Source of the DNA: an uncultured bacterium
GTDB lineage: Bacteria; Patescibacteriota; Patescibacteriia; UBA9570; XYC2-FULL-38-9
Assembly: GCA_937996685.1 (NCBI GenBank)
Contig: CALKUP010000006.1
Coordinates: 1-64,000 of the forward strand
Reading direction: 5' to 3'
DNA: 64,000 nt
Shown: in pieces, positions 40,379-50,235 of the stretch
Position numbering within the stretch: position 1 is the stretch's first letter
Layout of the letters: every line of letters starts with the position of its first letter
Position numbers and translations under genes: made by a program
Notes under the pieces: model-generated
The model's input: only the letters and a program-made list of their open reading frames with translations
What the model was told of the DNA's origin: nothing
Databases searched by the model: none

Positions 40379-41551
40379 CTATTGCGAATGCTTCATTGCT
40401 TCTAATAAACGCTCTTGCATCAACGCCCAGCGCCCTTCCCAACGATGCGCATCAGCCGCTTGCATGCGTCTCTCAATCTGTTCAACAGTATCATTTTGAA
40501 TCACATCTTCAATGCCTTTTGAAAAATCTTCCGGAGACACCGCGAGTGTCACAAGGTCACCAAATTGCTCAACTCCTGCGACCGCCGTTGTAATCACCGG
40601 CTTGCCTGCAGCAATGTATTCATAGAGCTTCAGCGGATTCATGCTTTGGGTAAACTGATCAATCGTGTGGGGAATAATAGCAATATCAAAACACGCGATG
40701 ATATTCGGCAGCTCTTCGTATGGTGTTTCTGTAATAATAGTGACGTTTGGTTTTTTTGCGAGATGCGCAACTTGTGCTTTCACCTCTTTCCAGATAAAGC
40801 CTGCAAGCACAAATTGAAAATCAGCATGTTTATCAACCAGGTATTCCAATAATGCAAAATTGACACGCGACTGAATGTTGCCATGATACCCAATCACCGG
40901 GCCTTTTAATCCAGAAATAGCCGGGACAGTACAGCGCCCGTTCGCAAAGAAATCAACATCAACACCGTTTGGAATATAGAGCACATTATCGCGCTTTCCA
41001 AAGAAATCAACCATTGCTTGTGAAACGGTAAAAATACAATCTGCTTCTTCACGAATGCGTTGATACCCTTCTTCCAGTTGCGGTTTCATTGCCGCATACG
41101 AGCCATGCTCCAACCAATTATCAACCGCATCAAAGACATGCGTTGCGCTCGGAAAAAAATCAAACACATCTGTTGCTAGTGGGTTATATGACCACACAAC
41201 CAAGTCTTCACTGTCTTCCACCTGAATTTTTTCTAAGACTTTTGGCAAATCACGCAATCGCAATACTCGAGCACGAATGTCATTCTTGTTCCCTTCTATT
41301 GTTTCGAGGGTCCATGTGTTGCCTTGCTCAATGGTGTGTTCATTCTTCTTCCACGGCTGATCACGCAACAGGTACTTCACTTGCTTTTTCCATGTGAACG
41401 GAAAAAAATCAACGCTGATAATTTTTGCAAACTCACCAGAATTCCGCGCTTGCTGCAAGATATGGAAGTTGCGATTCACAATTGAATGGTCCCAGTCATA
41501 CGCAAATGACATATTGATCATGAGTAATGTTTTTTGTGTGCGGTCGTTCAT
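40379..41551 (-). CDS. Glycosyltransferase family 4-like
   Basis: C-terminal GT-B motif NPLKLYEYIAAGKPVITTAVAG. Confidence 0.7.
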   Translation of the reverse strand: MNDRTQKTLLMINMSFAYDWDHSIVNRNFHILQQARNSGEFAKIISVDFFPFTWKKQVKYLLRDQPWKKNEHTIEQGNTWTLETIEGNKNDIRARVLRLRDLPKVLEKIQVEDSEDLVVWSYNPLATDVFDFFPSATHVFDAVDNWLEHGSYAAMKPQLEEGYQRIREEADCIFTVSQAMVDFFGKRDNVLYIPNGVDVDFFANGRCTVPAISGLKGPVIGYHGNIQSRVNFALLEYLVDKHADFQFVLAGFIWKEVKAQVAHLAKKPNVTIITETPYEELPNIIACFDIAIIPHTIDQFTQSMNPLKLYEYIAAGKPVITTAVAGVEQFGDLVTLAVSPEDFSKGIEDVIQNDTVEQIERRMQAADAHRWEGRWALMQERLLEAMKHSQ

Positions 41552-41557
41552 ACTATT

Positions 41558-42676
41558 CTATTCCGTTAAAATACCTTCTAATTTCTTTGCTTGAATACTC
41601 CATTCAAAATACTGCTTCACACGTCGTCTGCCCTCTTCACCAAACGAAACCGCAAGTACTGGGTCAGTGAGAATGGACACAATCGCTTGCTGTATCATAT
41701 CAATATCCATTGGATTGACAACGTACCCGTTTTCACCATCAAGCACCGCATCAAGCACGCCGCCACTTTTTCCGCCGATGACCGGCTTTCCAAAGCTTGC
41801 TGCTTCAACAAACACAATACCGAACCCTTCGACATCACGACTCGGGAGCTCGCGTGACGGCATTACAAACACATCGCAACGCGCATACCACGCGGCAATA
41901 TCTGCGTCCGTTGCTCTTCCGACAAACAGCACAATATCTGCAACGTCATTTTTTTGAACCAGCTCTTCCAGCATCCCGCGGTACGGTCCGTCTCCAACAA
42001 TAATATATCGCGCATCTGGCAATTGCTTTTTTACTAACTTCATACTTGCGATCACATAGTCAACGCCTTTGCGTTCCACCAAACGACCAATACTTACAAT
42101 CACCTGCTTGTCATGCAACTGATATCGCTCGTCGAGCTCTGCTGACATTGCAGCGCATTGATCTTCTGAATATCGAAAACCGTTGTAATGTGGGCACGGG
42201 TACAGTAAACGAATTTTCCGTGGATCAACATCAAACAATGATTCCAATTGCATCTTGGTGTATGTACTCACGGTTGTCACTGTGTGAGCCGACTGCAAAA
42301 TTAAGCGCATGAGACGCTGTTTGTGCTTCGACCCTTCCGGACCAAACGGAATTGTCACATCCATTGCGTGCGTCATGACGGTGTACGGCTTGCCTAAAAA
42401 CCACGACAAGATCAACGCAACTGTTCCAAGCGGCAAAATATGACCAACTAAAATATGCTCGATGCGCTCACGTCGAATTGTGCGATATGTCACCCAGAGG
42501 GCTTTCAGCCACTTTGGCCACAAAAATCGATTTGTAGACAATAATTGATGTGTAGAATTATCAAGCACAACAATTTGCCCTTCCGCAAATTCACCAACAA
42601 GGTTTTTGTAATAATGAGCAACGCCACCAATCATCGGCGGATACTCCAGCGTAATCAGTAACGTTTTTTTTATCAT
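41558..42676 (-). CDS. Glycosyltransferase family 4
   Basis: FVMPSRELPSRDVEGFGIVFVEAASFGKPVIGGKSGG. Confidence 0.8.
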   Translation of the reverse strand: MIKKTLLITLEYPPMIGGVAHYYKNLVGEFAEGQIVVLDNSTHQLLSTNRFLWPKWLKALWVTYRTIRRERIEHILVGHILPLGTVALILSWFLGKPYTVMTHAMDVTIPFGPEGSKHKQRLMRLILQSAHTVTTVSTYTKMQLESLFDVDPRKIRLLYPCPHYNGFRYSEDQCAAMSAELDERYQLHDKQVIVSIGRLVERKGVDYVIASMKLVKKQLPDARYIIVGDGPYRGMLEELVQKNDVADIVLFVGRATDADIAAWYARCDVFVMPSRELPSRDVEGFGIVFVEAASFGKPVIGGKSGGVLDAVLDGENGYVVNPMDIDMIQQAIVSILTDPVLAVSFGEEGRRRVKQYFEWSIQAKKLEGILTE

Positions 42677-44172
42677 ACCTTTGCGCGCTTCAATACTCGA
42701 GCAACTGATGATTGCACTTCAGTAATTTCAACAATCCGGAATAGCAGAACCAAAACAGCATAGACAACCACTGCAATCAAAACCACAATTGGGAATGGAT
42801 ACGCACCTTGCACCCAATATAAAATAAAGCCCATAATCAATGATGCGCCAGACAACTTCAAGAGCAACACGGTGTATGCCCACCAATCAATGTCAACGAT
42901 GCGGGCAACCTGAATTACATTCAATGTGACCAAGACAATACTCGATAACACAAACGCAACTGCAGAACCCATGAATGACCAAGTCGGGATCAGCGTGATA
43001 TTGACCGCAAGATTCACCGCCAACGCAATCGCCATATGAATGGTATTGAGATGTTGTTTATTTGCAGCATTCAACACATATCCAATCGGGTAATTCAAAA
43101 ATACAAACGGCAGAGAGAGACTCAAGACTTGCAACGCCGGGGCCGCCAGTTTAAAAAATGAACTCCACGCCAGAGTGATGATATTGTCACCAACAATCGC
43201 AATACCGACCATCATTGGAAATGAGATCAGTAAAATATATAAAATAGACTCTCGCAACAATGTATCAACTGTTGATTTTTTTTCTTGGATCGCGGCACTA
43301 ATGACCGGATAAAACACTGTCGCAAACGCACCAGGAATCACAGTAAGTGCAACGACCAACTTCATCGCGACTGAATAAATACTCACCGCTGTATCACCAA
43401 TAGTTGCTTTTAATAAAAACGTATCAGCCGAAGAATACACACGTGAGACCAGGCCCGCGATCGCAAATGGCAATGCCGCAATCAATATGCGTTTGAGTGT
43501 GAAAAATTGGCGTAGCTCATCAGACACTCCTTCGGCATCCCCTTTTCGCAATCGAAAGCGAAATCGAATTGTTGTTTTACGCAGCAGTTGAATGTATAAA
43601 AATGTACTTTGGACAATGGATCCAGCAACGAGCGCAGCTAAAAAGAAAATGACCGGAGCGTGGAAATACAACGCTGTGCAACCAACTGCGAAAATCATTG
43701 ATTGGTACAAAATAACACTCATCGCTTCCCATTCCAATCGACGCGTCGCACGGAAAATTGCGAACAGTGTGAACGAAATTGTGTCGAGCAAGATAATCAA
43801 CGAACCAAACCACACCATCTGCACATCAACAAAACTAATTTTATCAAAATATGGCTCAATCAGTGCGATAAAGATGCACGACGCAATAACACTCGCGACC
43901 ATCAACGGCGCTTTCAAACGAACAATTTTAGTGACAATAAATTGCAAATTCGATTCATGTTTCGCGCCTTCTCGAATCAAAATCTGACCGAGACCAAAGT
44001 CCATGAAAATAATAACAATCGACGTATACGAAAGCGCAAACGTGTAATGGCTCAAGTCCACTTGCAGCGCATCTGAAATAAATTTGTAATACACAAAAGC
44101 CACCACTTTTTGCATCATTGACGCAATGGTGAGGTAGGTTGTATTTTTTACAATCCGATCTTTTGCTGACAT
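42673..44172 (-). CDS. MOP-superfamily polysaccharide flippase (Wzx-like)
   Basis: About 14 TM helices. The N-terminus is typical of the polysaccharide biosynthesis protein family. Confidence 0.65.
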   Translation of the reverse strand: MSAKDRIVKNTTYLTIASMMQKVVAFVYYKFISDALQVDLSHYTFALSYTSIVIIFMDFGLGQILIREGAKHESNLQFIVTKIVRLKAPLMVASVIASCIFIALIEPYFDKISFVDVQMVWFGSLIILLDTISFTLFAIFRATRRLEWEAMSVILYQSMIFAVGCTALYFHAPVIFFLAALVAGSIVQSTFLYIQLLRKTTIRFRFRLRKGDAEGVSDELRQFFTLKRILIAALPFAIAGLVSRVYSSADTFLLKATIGDTAVSIYSVAMKLVVALTVIPGAFATVFYPVISAAIQEKKSTVDTLLRESILYILLISFPMMVGIAIVGDNIITLAWSSFFKLAAPALQVLSLSLPFVFLNYPIGYVLNAANKQHLNTIHMAIALAVNLAVNITLIPTWSFMGSAVAFVLSSIVLVTLNVIQVARIVDIDWWAYTVLLLKLSGASLIMGFILYWVQGAYPFPIVVLIAVVVYAVLVLLFRIVEITEVQSSVARVLKRAKV

Positions 44173-44221
44173 AGGCTCTGATCAGAGTACCAGAAAAAAG
44201 AGATTCCGTACAGGCATTTCA

Positions 44222-44247
44222 AACAAAAAACCCTGCTGTTTGCAGGG
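44222..44247 (-). terminator. Rho-independent terminator after rpsI
   Basis: Minus strand: CCCTGCAAACAGCAGGG followed by TTTTTTTG. Confidence 0.5.
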
Positions 44248-44257
44248 CCTTTGAAAG

Positions 44258-44695
44258 TTACCGTTTTGACCATTGAGAGGACTTACGAGCCCGTTTCAAA
44301 CCTGGTTTTTTACGTTCTTTACGACGTGAGTCACGAGTCAAGAAACCAAATGGTTTGACTGTACCTCGGAAATCTTCGTGCAAACGAACCAATAACCGTG
44401 TCAATCCATGACGAACAGCTTCAGCTTGTGAATGCTTTCCACCTGAAACAACTTTCACAGTGAAATATCCATCAACACCGTTTGTATTCAAACGAAGGAG
44501 TTGATCAATAACATCAACTTCTGTTGCCGCAAAATATTCATTCATTGGCTTTTCATTGATGATGATTGTTCCTGGCTTTTGCTTGTCATCAGTATAAAAC
44601 CGAACGCGAGCAACCGCTGTTTTACGACGACCAACTGCATAAATGTATGGCAATTTTGTCGATTTTTTTGAAGTAAGTGTTCCTGTATTTTCCAT
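44258..44695 (-). CDS. rpsI: 30S ribosomal protein S9
   Basis: GRRKTAVARV, and a C-terminus matching uS9 (KKPGLKRARKSSQWSKR). The start could also be at 44710. Confidence 0.9.
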   Translation of the reverse strand: MENTGTLTSKKSTKLPYIYAVGRRKTAVARVRFYTDDKQKPGTIIINEKPMNEYFAATEVDVIDQLLRLNTNGVDGYFTVKVVSGGKHSQAEAVRHGLTRLLVRLHEDFRGTVKPFGFLTRDSRRKERKKPGLKRARKSSQWSKR

Positions 44696-44699
44696 AACT

Positions 44700-45062
44700 C
44701 TATGATTCAATCGTTAAGCGTTTCAACTGACCAGTACGCAGACGAGTTTCTGGAAGCATCAGGCGAACTGACATTCGAAGCATCTTTGCTGGATCATTTT
44801 CCATCAAGTCTTTTGCTGATGTTGTACGAATACCACCTGGATACAATGTACTACGATGGTATACTTTTTGATCAAGTTTCTTTCCTGTGAGTTTCATGTA
44901 TTTTACATTTTGTACAAATACAGCGTCTCCACAATCAAGATGTGCTTCGAACGAAGGTTTATTTTTACCGCGAAGCAATGTCGCGATTTGTGACGCAAGG
45001 CGACCAAGTGATTGATCAGTTGCGTCGATAACGTGGGTTTGTCTTTGGATAGTCTTTGCCAT
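44700..45062 (-). CDS. rplM: 50S ribosomal protein L13
   Basis: Full-length uL13 homology. Confidence 0.93.
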   Translation of the reverse strand: MAKTIQRQTHVIDATDQSLGRLASQIATLLRGKNKPSFEAHLDCGDAVFVQNVKYMKLTGKKLDQKVYHRSTLYPGGIRTTSAKDLMENDPAKMLRMSVRLMLPETRLRTGQLKRLTIES

Positions 45063-45067
45063 ACAGA

Positions 45068-45421
45068 TTAATCAACCAATTGTAAAATAACTTGCTGCGC
45101 GTTATCGCCTTTGCGATTTTCCACTTTTACAGCAGAGATATATCCACCTGGACGAGTCACAAATCGTGGACTCACTGAGTTCACAACATGCAGAGCAGCT
45201 TCCTTGTTTCCAAGAACGCTTTCAATGTGACGAATAGTGTGCACAGATTTTACTTTGCCTTTTGTAATAATTGGCTCAACAAATTGCTTTAAAGCTTTTG
45301 CTTTCGCTGGTGTGGTTTGAATTTTGCCCGACTTCAAGAGTGAAATCGCAAGTGTACGCAACAGTGCTGTACGAACGCTCGCGGTTCGGTCAAGAGTGGA
45401 TTTTTGTACTCGATGTCTCAT
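45068..45421 (-). CDS. rplQ: 50S ribosomal protein L17
   Basis: Full-length bL17 homology. Confidence 0.93.
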   Translation of the reverse strand: MRHRVQKSTLDRTASVRTALLRTLAISLLKSGKIQTTPAKAKALKQFVEPIITKGKVKSVHTIRHIESVLGNKEAALHVVNSVSPRFVTRPGGYISAVKVENRKGDNAQQVILQLVD

Positions 45422-45425
45422 AGCG

Positions 45426-46169
45426 TTATTCTGCTTCTTCTACTGATTCTTCTACAACTTCCGCTGATGCTACTTCGACACCGTCAGACATTCCGCGTGT
45501 TAACACACCGAATTGTTCAACAAGAATTTCTGCAGCCATTTGGAAGGCCTCTTCTGGAGCGATTGTTCCGTCTGTTGCAATGTCCAATGACAATTTGTCA
45601 AAGTTGGTCATTTCACCGACACGAACGTGTTCAGTGTGAAAGTTCACATTACGAACAGGAGTGTAAATTGAATCGATTGCAATGTAACCGATTTCCAATT
45701 TTTCGTTTTCACGTTCTTCAACTGGAACGTATCCACGACCTTTTTGCACGATTGCTTTCAAATGAAATTCACCAGCTTTATCTGTCATTGTTGCAATAAC
45801 AGCTTCAGGGTTTACTACTTCAACAAGCGCGTCTTTTTCAAATTGACCTGCAGTGATGACGCCTTCGCCAGTTGCATGCAATTCAATTTCTACTGGTTCA
45901 TCACCGTGAACACGGAAACGAAGATTTTTAACGTTCAAAATGATTTCAACAACGTCTTCTTTTACGTGATCGATTGTTGAAAATTCATGGTCAACGCCTT
46001 TCATTTTAACAGCTGTCACCGCAGCGCCTGGCAATGAAGACAGAAGCACGCGACGCATTGCGTTGCCAAGTGTTGTACCGTATCCCGGATAACACGGAGA
46101 AACGGTAATGACATCGTGATGCTCGCCCACATTTTGTGCTGAGATGATGTTTGGTAATGTAATATCCAT
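45426..46169 (-). CDS. rpoA: DNA-directed RNA polymerase alpha subunit, N-terminal domain only (no alpha-CTD)
   Basis: 247 aa matching the RpoA NTD. It ends in an acidic tail (EVVEESVEEAE) 5 nt before rplQ. Confidence 0.9.
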   Translation of the reverse strand: MDITLPNIISAQNVGEHHDVITVSPCYPGYGTTLGNAMRRVLLSSLPGAAVTAVKMKGVDHEFSTIDHVKEDVVEIILNVKNLRFRVHGDEPVEIELHATGEGVITAGQFEKDALVEVVNPEAVIATMTDKAGEFHLKAIVQKGRGYVPVEERENEKLEIGYIAIDSIYTPVRNVNFHTEHVRVGEMTNFDKLSLDIATDGTIAPEEAFQMAAEILVEQFGVLTRGMSDGVEVASAEVVEESVEEAE

Positions 46170-46190
46170 ATGCGTTTTTGTTCGTGTTTA

Positions 46191-46799
46191 TTAACGAGAA
46201 TAAAATTCGATAATGAGATTCATTGCAACGCTTTGTTCAAAGTCTTCTTGAGCTGGCAACGCAGTAACGGTTGCTTTCCAATTTGAACGATCAACAGAGA
46301 GCCATGGAGCAACTGTTTCAGGAACTTGACGCTCAGTAAATAGGTTGCTGGTCTTTGACTTTGGACGAAGTTCAAGAACATCACCAATACGAACTGCACG
46401 TGAAGGGATATCACAACGACGTCCGTTTACGAGAAAATGTCCGTGAGTCACCATTTGACGCGCTTGACGACGAGTATCAGCAAATCCAGCACGGTATACT
46501 GCGTTATCTAAACGTGTTTCAACGAGTTCAACGAATTTTGAAGCGGTATTTCCAGATGCTTCACTCGCCTTTTTGAAGTAGTTTGAAAATTGTTTTTCCA
46601 AAATACCATACAAAGCTTTCGCTTTTTGTTTTTCACGCAATTGAATACCATATTCAGTTAAACGTGCGCGATTCCCTTGTTTTGGACCATGTTGTCCAGG
46701 GATGAATGGACGTCGGATGACGGCACATTTTTGTTTACCACAAACGCTTTCGCCAATGCGTCGGCAGGTTTTACAAGTTGGTCGTAGATTTCTAGCCAT
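46191..46799 (-). CDS. rpsD: 30S ribosomal protein S4
   Basis: N-terminal zinc-finger-like CKTCRR...C region and an S4 RNA-binding domain. Confidence 0.93.
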   Translation of the reverse strand: MARNLRPTCKTCRRIGESVCGKQKCAVIRRPFIPGQHGPKQGNRARLTEYGIQLREKQKAKALYGILEKQFSNYFKKASEASGNTASKFVELVETRLDNAVYRAGFADTRRQARQMVTHGHFLVNGRRCDIPSRAVRIGDVLELRPKSKTSNLFTERQVPETVAPWLSVDRSNWKATVTALPAQEDFEQSVAMNLIIEFYSR

Positions 46800-46816
46800 A
46801 ATAGTTATTCATTCAA

Positions 46817-47263
46817 TTACATCCGTCGTGCCTTCTTTGGACGACATCCGTTATGTGGGATTGGAGTCACATCACGAATACTGAGCATATTAAATCCTTG
46901 AGCGTTGATCGCGCGAATTGCGCCATCACGACCGCTTCCAACACCACGCACGAGCACATCAACATCACGCAACCCCATTTCATGCACTTTTTCAGCGGCA
47001 GCTTTTACAATAATACCAGCGGCATATGGAGTGGATTTCTTTGGGCCTTTGAACCCGCAACGTCCAGCAGATGATTGCGCGAGCGCATTTCCGTGTGGAT
47101 CAGTGAAGGTGATAATTGTGTTGTTATATGTTGCAGTAACATATACACGTCCTCGTGGAACTTGTTTCTTCTTGTTCTTTTTGCGTTTCGCCTTTGGCGC
47201 AGCGTCTTCTGTTGTTGGCTCTGCAGCCTCAACCGGCGCTTCTTGTTTCATTTCTTCAGTCAT
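46817..47263 (-). CDS. rpsK: 30S ribosomal protein S11 (with Lys/acidic N-terminal extension)
   Basis: uS11 core GRVYVTATYNNTIITFTD...AAEKVHEMGLRDVDVLVRG. Confidence 0.93.
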   Translation of the reverse strand: MTEEMKQEAPVEAAEPTTEDAAPKAKRKKNKKKQVPRGRVYVTATYNNTIITFTDPHGNALAQSSAGRCGFKGPKKSTPYAAGIIVKAAAEKVHEMGLRDVDVLVRGVGSGRDGAIRAINAQGFNMLSIRDVTPIPHNGCRPKKARRM

Positions 47264-47288
47264 AAATCGTTTCTATTATCTAGGCAAA

Positions 47289-47681
47289 TTATGTCTTTTG
47301 AGCTGCTTTTGCCTTACCAGAACCAGCTGTTCGACGAACGTTTCCACGAGTTGTTCGATTGTTCGTTTTTGTTCGTTGTCCACGCACTGGAAGGTGACGT
47401 GAATGACGGTAGCCGCGATATGAACCAATTTCTTTCAGGCGCTTGATGTGTGACAAGATGTCACGACGTAAATCACCTTCGATTTTTAAACCGCCTTGCT
47501 CAACTGCTTCACGCAATTTTTGCTCATCAGTTTCCGATAAATCTTTCACACGAACGTCAGGGTTGACGCCTGTTGTCTGAATGATTTTTGCCGCAATTGA
47601 CGGACCGATTCCGTAAATATACGTCAACGCGATTTCAACGCGTTTCTCTTTTGGTAGTGTTACTCCTGCAATACGTGCCAT
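47289..47681 (-). CDS. rpsM: 30S ribosomal protein S13
   Basis: [26 protein letters not shown]. Confidence 0.93.
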   Translation of the reverse strand: MARIAGVTLPKEKRVEIALTYIYGIGPSIAAKIIQTTGVNPDVRVKDLSETDEQKLREAVEQGGLKIEGDLRRDILSHIKRLKEIGSYRGYRHSRHLPVRGQRTKTNNRTTRGNVRRTAGSGKAKAAQKT

Positions 47682-47686
47682 ACGGG

Positions 47687-47803
47687 TTATCCTTGACGTT
47701 GTTTATGCTTAGAATTTGCCGAACACAGAACGTGTACTCGACCGCGGCGTCGGATTGTTTTGCAATCCTTGCAGCGCTTTTTAACTGATGCTTGTACTTT
47801 CAT
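47687..47803 (-). CDS. rpmJ: 50S ribosomal protein L36 (38 aa; absent from ORF track)
   Basis: Minus-strand translation [38 protein letters not shown], a CxxC...C...H zinc ribbon. Lies between rpsM and infA as expected. Confidence 0.85.
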   Translation of the reverse strand: MKVQASVKKRCKDCKTIRRRGRVHVLCSANSKHKQRQG

Positions 47804-47807
47804 AAGA

Positions 47808-48050
47808 TTAGAGACGCTTTGTTATTCTTCCTTTCGTTAGATCATACGGTGTCATTTCCACAATGACTTGATCTCCTGGCAACACGCGAATTTTGTACAT
47901 TCGCATTTTCCCAGAGAGCATGGCTCGGACTTCATGGCCAGTTTCGAGGGTGACGCGGAAGGCTGCGTTTGGCAGCATCTCCTCAACGAACCCTGGAACC
48001 TCAATGAAACCCTTTTTATTCGCTTTAATTTGTGTGGTCGCTGTACTCAC
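47808..48050 (-). CDS. infA: Translation initiation factor IF-1
   Basis: S1-like OB fold: [63 protein letters not shown]. Confidence 0.9.
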   Translation of the reverse strand: MSTATTQIKANKKGFIEVPGFVEEMLPNAAFRVTLETGHEVRAMLSGKMRMYKIRVLPGDQVIVEMTPYDLTKGRITKRL

Positions 48051-48274
48051 ATTGAAGCGTTACTCATTAAATTTTGAAATAATCAGCAAGCAAGGAAAAA
48101 CGGCCTCTCCGTATTATGCCCTTCGATCAATATGCGAAGCGCGCCGGAAAAGGCTTGAATTGGATGAATCTCCTTTACTATTGCAGATTCTTAGCCGAAT
48201 TCATGAAAGTCTGCTGATTTTTCAAAGCTCGTGGAGTATACAATAGACTAAAAACTATGTCAAATGCACGGCTT

Positions 48275-50119
48275 TTACTTCTGATTGGCTTTCACGATCG
48301 CTTTAATACGACGAATGCCAGCCGCTGAAGACTTTTCGGAAGTAATGTGGAATTCTTCCAGCTCTTCTGTGTTTTCAACGTGTGGGCCACCACAAATTTC
48401 AATCGCAAATGGATTGTCCTCGGGTCCGATATAATAGACCTTCACTTTATTCCCAAGGCGCGCATATTCATCATCAAAATAGCCAATTGCACCTAATGCC
48501 TTTGCTTCATCAACGTCTAATTCTTTCCAGAATACTGGTTGCTTTAACGCAATTTGTTCGTTAATCACACGATCAAGTTCGGTTTTTTCTTCTGGTGTCA
48601 GCGCCTTGTCGTAATTAAAATCAAAGCGCAAGCGATCTGGTGTAATATTTGAACCCTTTTGCATGATTTGCTCGCCAAGCATATTTTTCAATGCTTTGTG
48701 CAACAAATGTGTTGCCGTATGCAAACGACGTGATTCAATCGAATGGTCAGCGAGACCGCCTTTGAACTTTTTCATACTCCCCGCTCGAGACGTATTTTGA
48801 TGTTTTTCAAATTCTTGATCAAACGACATTTCATCAACATTCGCTCCCCGTTCACGGGCGAGCTCAACAGTCATTTCAATTGGAAAGCCGTACGTTGAAA
48901 ACAAAATAAATGCATCGTGTCCTGAAATACTTTGCTTATCTTTTTCAATCAACTTTTCAAATTCTTTCATTCCTTTTTCAAGGGTTGCGCCAAATTTTTG
49001 CTCTTCTGCCCCAAGCCACTCAAGAACACGAGATGAATTTTCCACCAACTCTGGATATGCCTCTCCGTACATTGTCGTCACCTCTTGCGCAAGTGTTGAT
49101 AAAAACTCACCAGTCGCGCCTAATGCACGGCCTTCGCGAATTGCACGACGAATCAACCGTCGAACGATATAGCCTTGATCAACATTACTTGGTGGAATGC
49201 CAAAATGATCACCCATAATAAACACAACGGTTCGCAAATGATCTGCAATAATACGCATTCCAGCCATATGATTACCTTCATATGTTTTGCCGGTCACTGC
49301 TTCAATTTTCTTTATCAGTTGTTGAAAAATATCGATTTCAAAGACTGTCTGCGCGCCTTGAGAGACCATCGCAAGACGTTCTAATCCCCAGCCGACATCA
49401 ACGTTTTGTTTTGGCAATGTATCAAAGCCGCCTTTTCCATCTTTTGCGTATTGCATGAAGACGTCGTTTCCAATTTCGATAATATCACCGCGATCACACG
49501 CCGCAACAAATTCATCGTGCGATAAATCACCAAGCTCGCCAGTTGTATCATAAAAAATTTCTGTATCTGGACCGCATGGGCCAGTATTTCCTGGAAGATC
49601 CCAAAAATTATCTTTGCGTCCTAAAAAGTAAATGCGATCCTCGGGCATTCCAGCGCGCTTCCAAATATCAGCCGCCTGCGTATCTTGCGGAATATCGTGC
49701 TCGCCTTCAAAACATGTGACATATAAACGAGACAGCGGTAAGCCAAGTCCGACTTCTTCCGATGTCATAAATTCAAATGTCCACGCAATGGTGTCTTCTT
49801 TAAAATAATCACCGAGACTCCAAAAACCGAGCATTTCAAAAAAGGTCAAATGACGATTATCACCGACTTCATCAATATCAATGGTGCGAACGCATTTCTG
49901 GGAATCCGTCAGACGCGTGCCTTCTGGGTGTGGCTCGCCCATTAAATATGGAACCAGCGGATACATCCCGGAGTTCGTAAACAGTAATGTTGGGTCGTTT
50001 TCTGGAATCAATGAACCAGAAGGAATCACGACGTGACCTTTTGACTCAAAATACGCAAGAAAGCGGCGGCGGATTTCATTTGTCGACAAGATATGTGCTG
50101 GATGTTGCATAAAAATCAA
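48275..50119 (-). CDS. alaS: Alanyl-tRNA synthetase, short form (catalytic + tRNA-recognition + editing domains; no C-Ala domain)
   Basis: FTNSGM and QKCVRT motifs, GDxxHLTFFEMLGFWSLGDYFK, the editing-domain HTATHLLH zinc site and a CGGPHV motif. 614 aa. Confidence 0.9.
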   Translation of the reverse strand: MIFMQHPAHILSTNEIRRRFLAYFESKGHVVIPSGSLIPENDPTLLFTNSGMYPLVPYLMGEPHPEGTRLTDSQKCVRTIDIDEVGDNRHLTFFEMLGFWSLGDYFKEDTIAWTFEFMTSEEVGLGLPLSRLYVTCFEGEHDIPQDTQAADIWKRAGMPEDRIYFLGRKDNFWDLPGNTGPCGPDTEIFYDTTGELGDLSHDEFVAACDRGDIIEIGNDVFMQYAKDGKGGFDTLPKQNVDVGWGLERLAMVSQGAQTVFEIDIFQQLIKKIEAVTGKTYEGNHMAGMRIIADHLRTVVFIMGDHFGIPPSNVDQGYIVRRLIRRAIREGRALGATGEFLSTLAQEVTTMYGEAYPELVENSSRVLEWLGAEEQKFGATLEKGMKEFEKLIEKDKQSISGHDAFILFSTYGFPIEMTVELARERGANVDEMSFDQEFEKHQNTSRAGSMKKFKGGLADHSIESRRLHTATHLLHKALKNMLGEQIMQKGSNITPDRLRFDFNYDKALTPEEKTELDRVINEQIALKQPVFWKELDVDEAKALGAIGYFDDEYARLGNKVKVYYIGPEDNPFAIEICGGPHVENTEELEEFHITSEKSSAAGIRRIKAIVKANQK

Positions 50120-50235
50120 AATATGACGTACTAAAGGATACGCCTTATTATTATTGATTTTTTGCTGCCTGTAAAGCGACTCTGTCTAATAAAGAAAGGT
50201 GGGACTGGCAGTGTAAAACAACCAGCCCCGAGGTA

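Noticed and set aside
48051-48274. Search for a tRNA or other ncRNA in the alaS-infA spacer
   Set aside because: I found no T-loop (GTTCGAATC-like) or acceptor-stem pairing on either strand. The spacer probably holds only a promoter and terminator.
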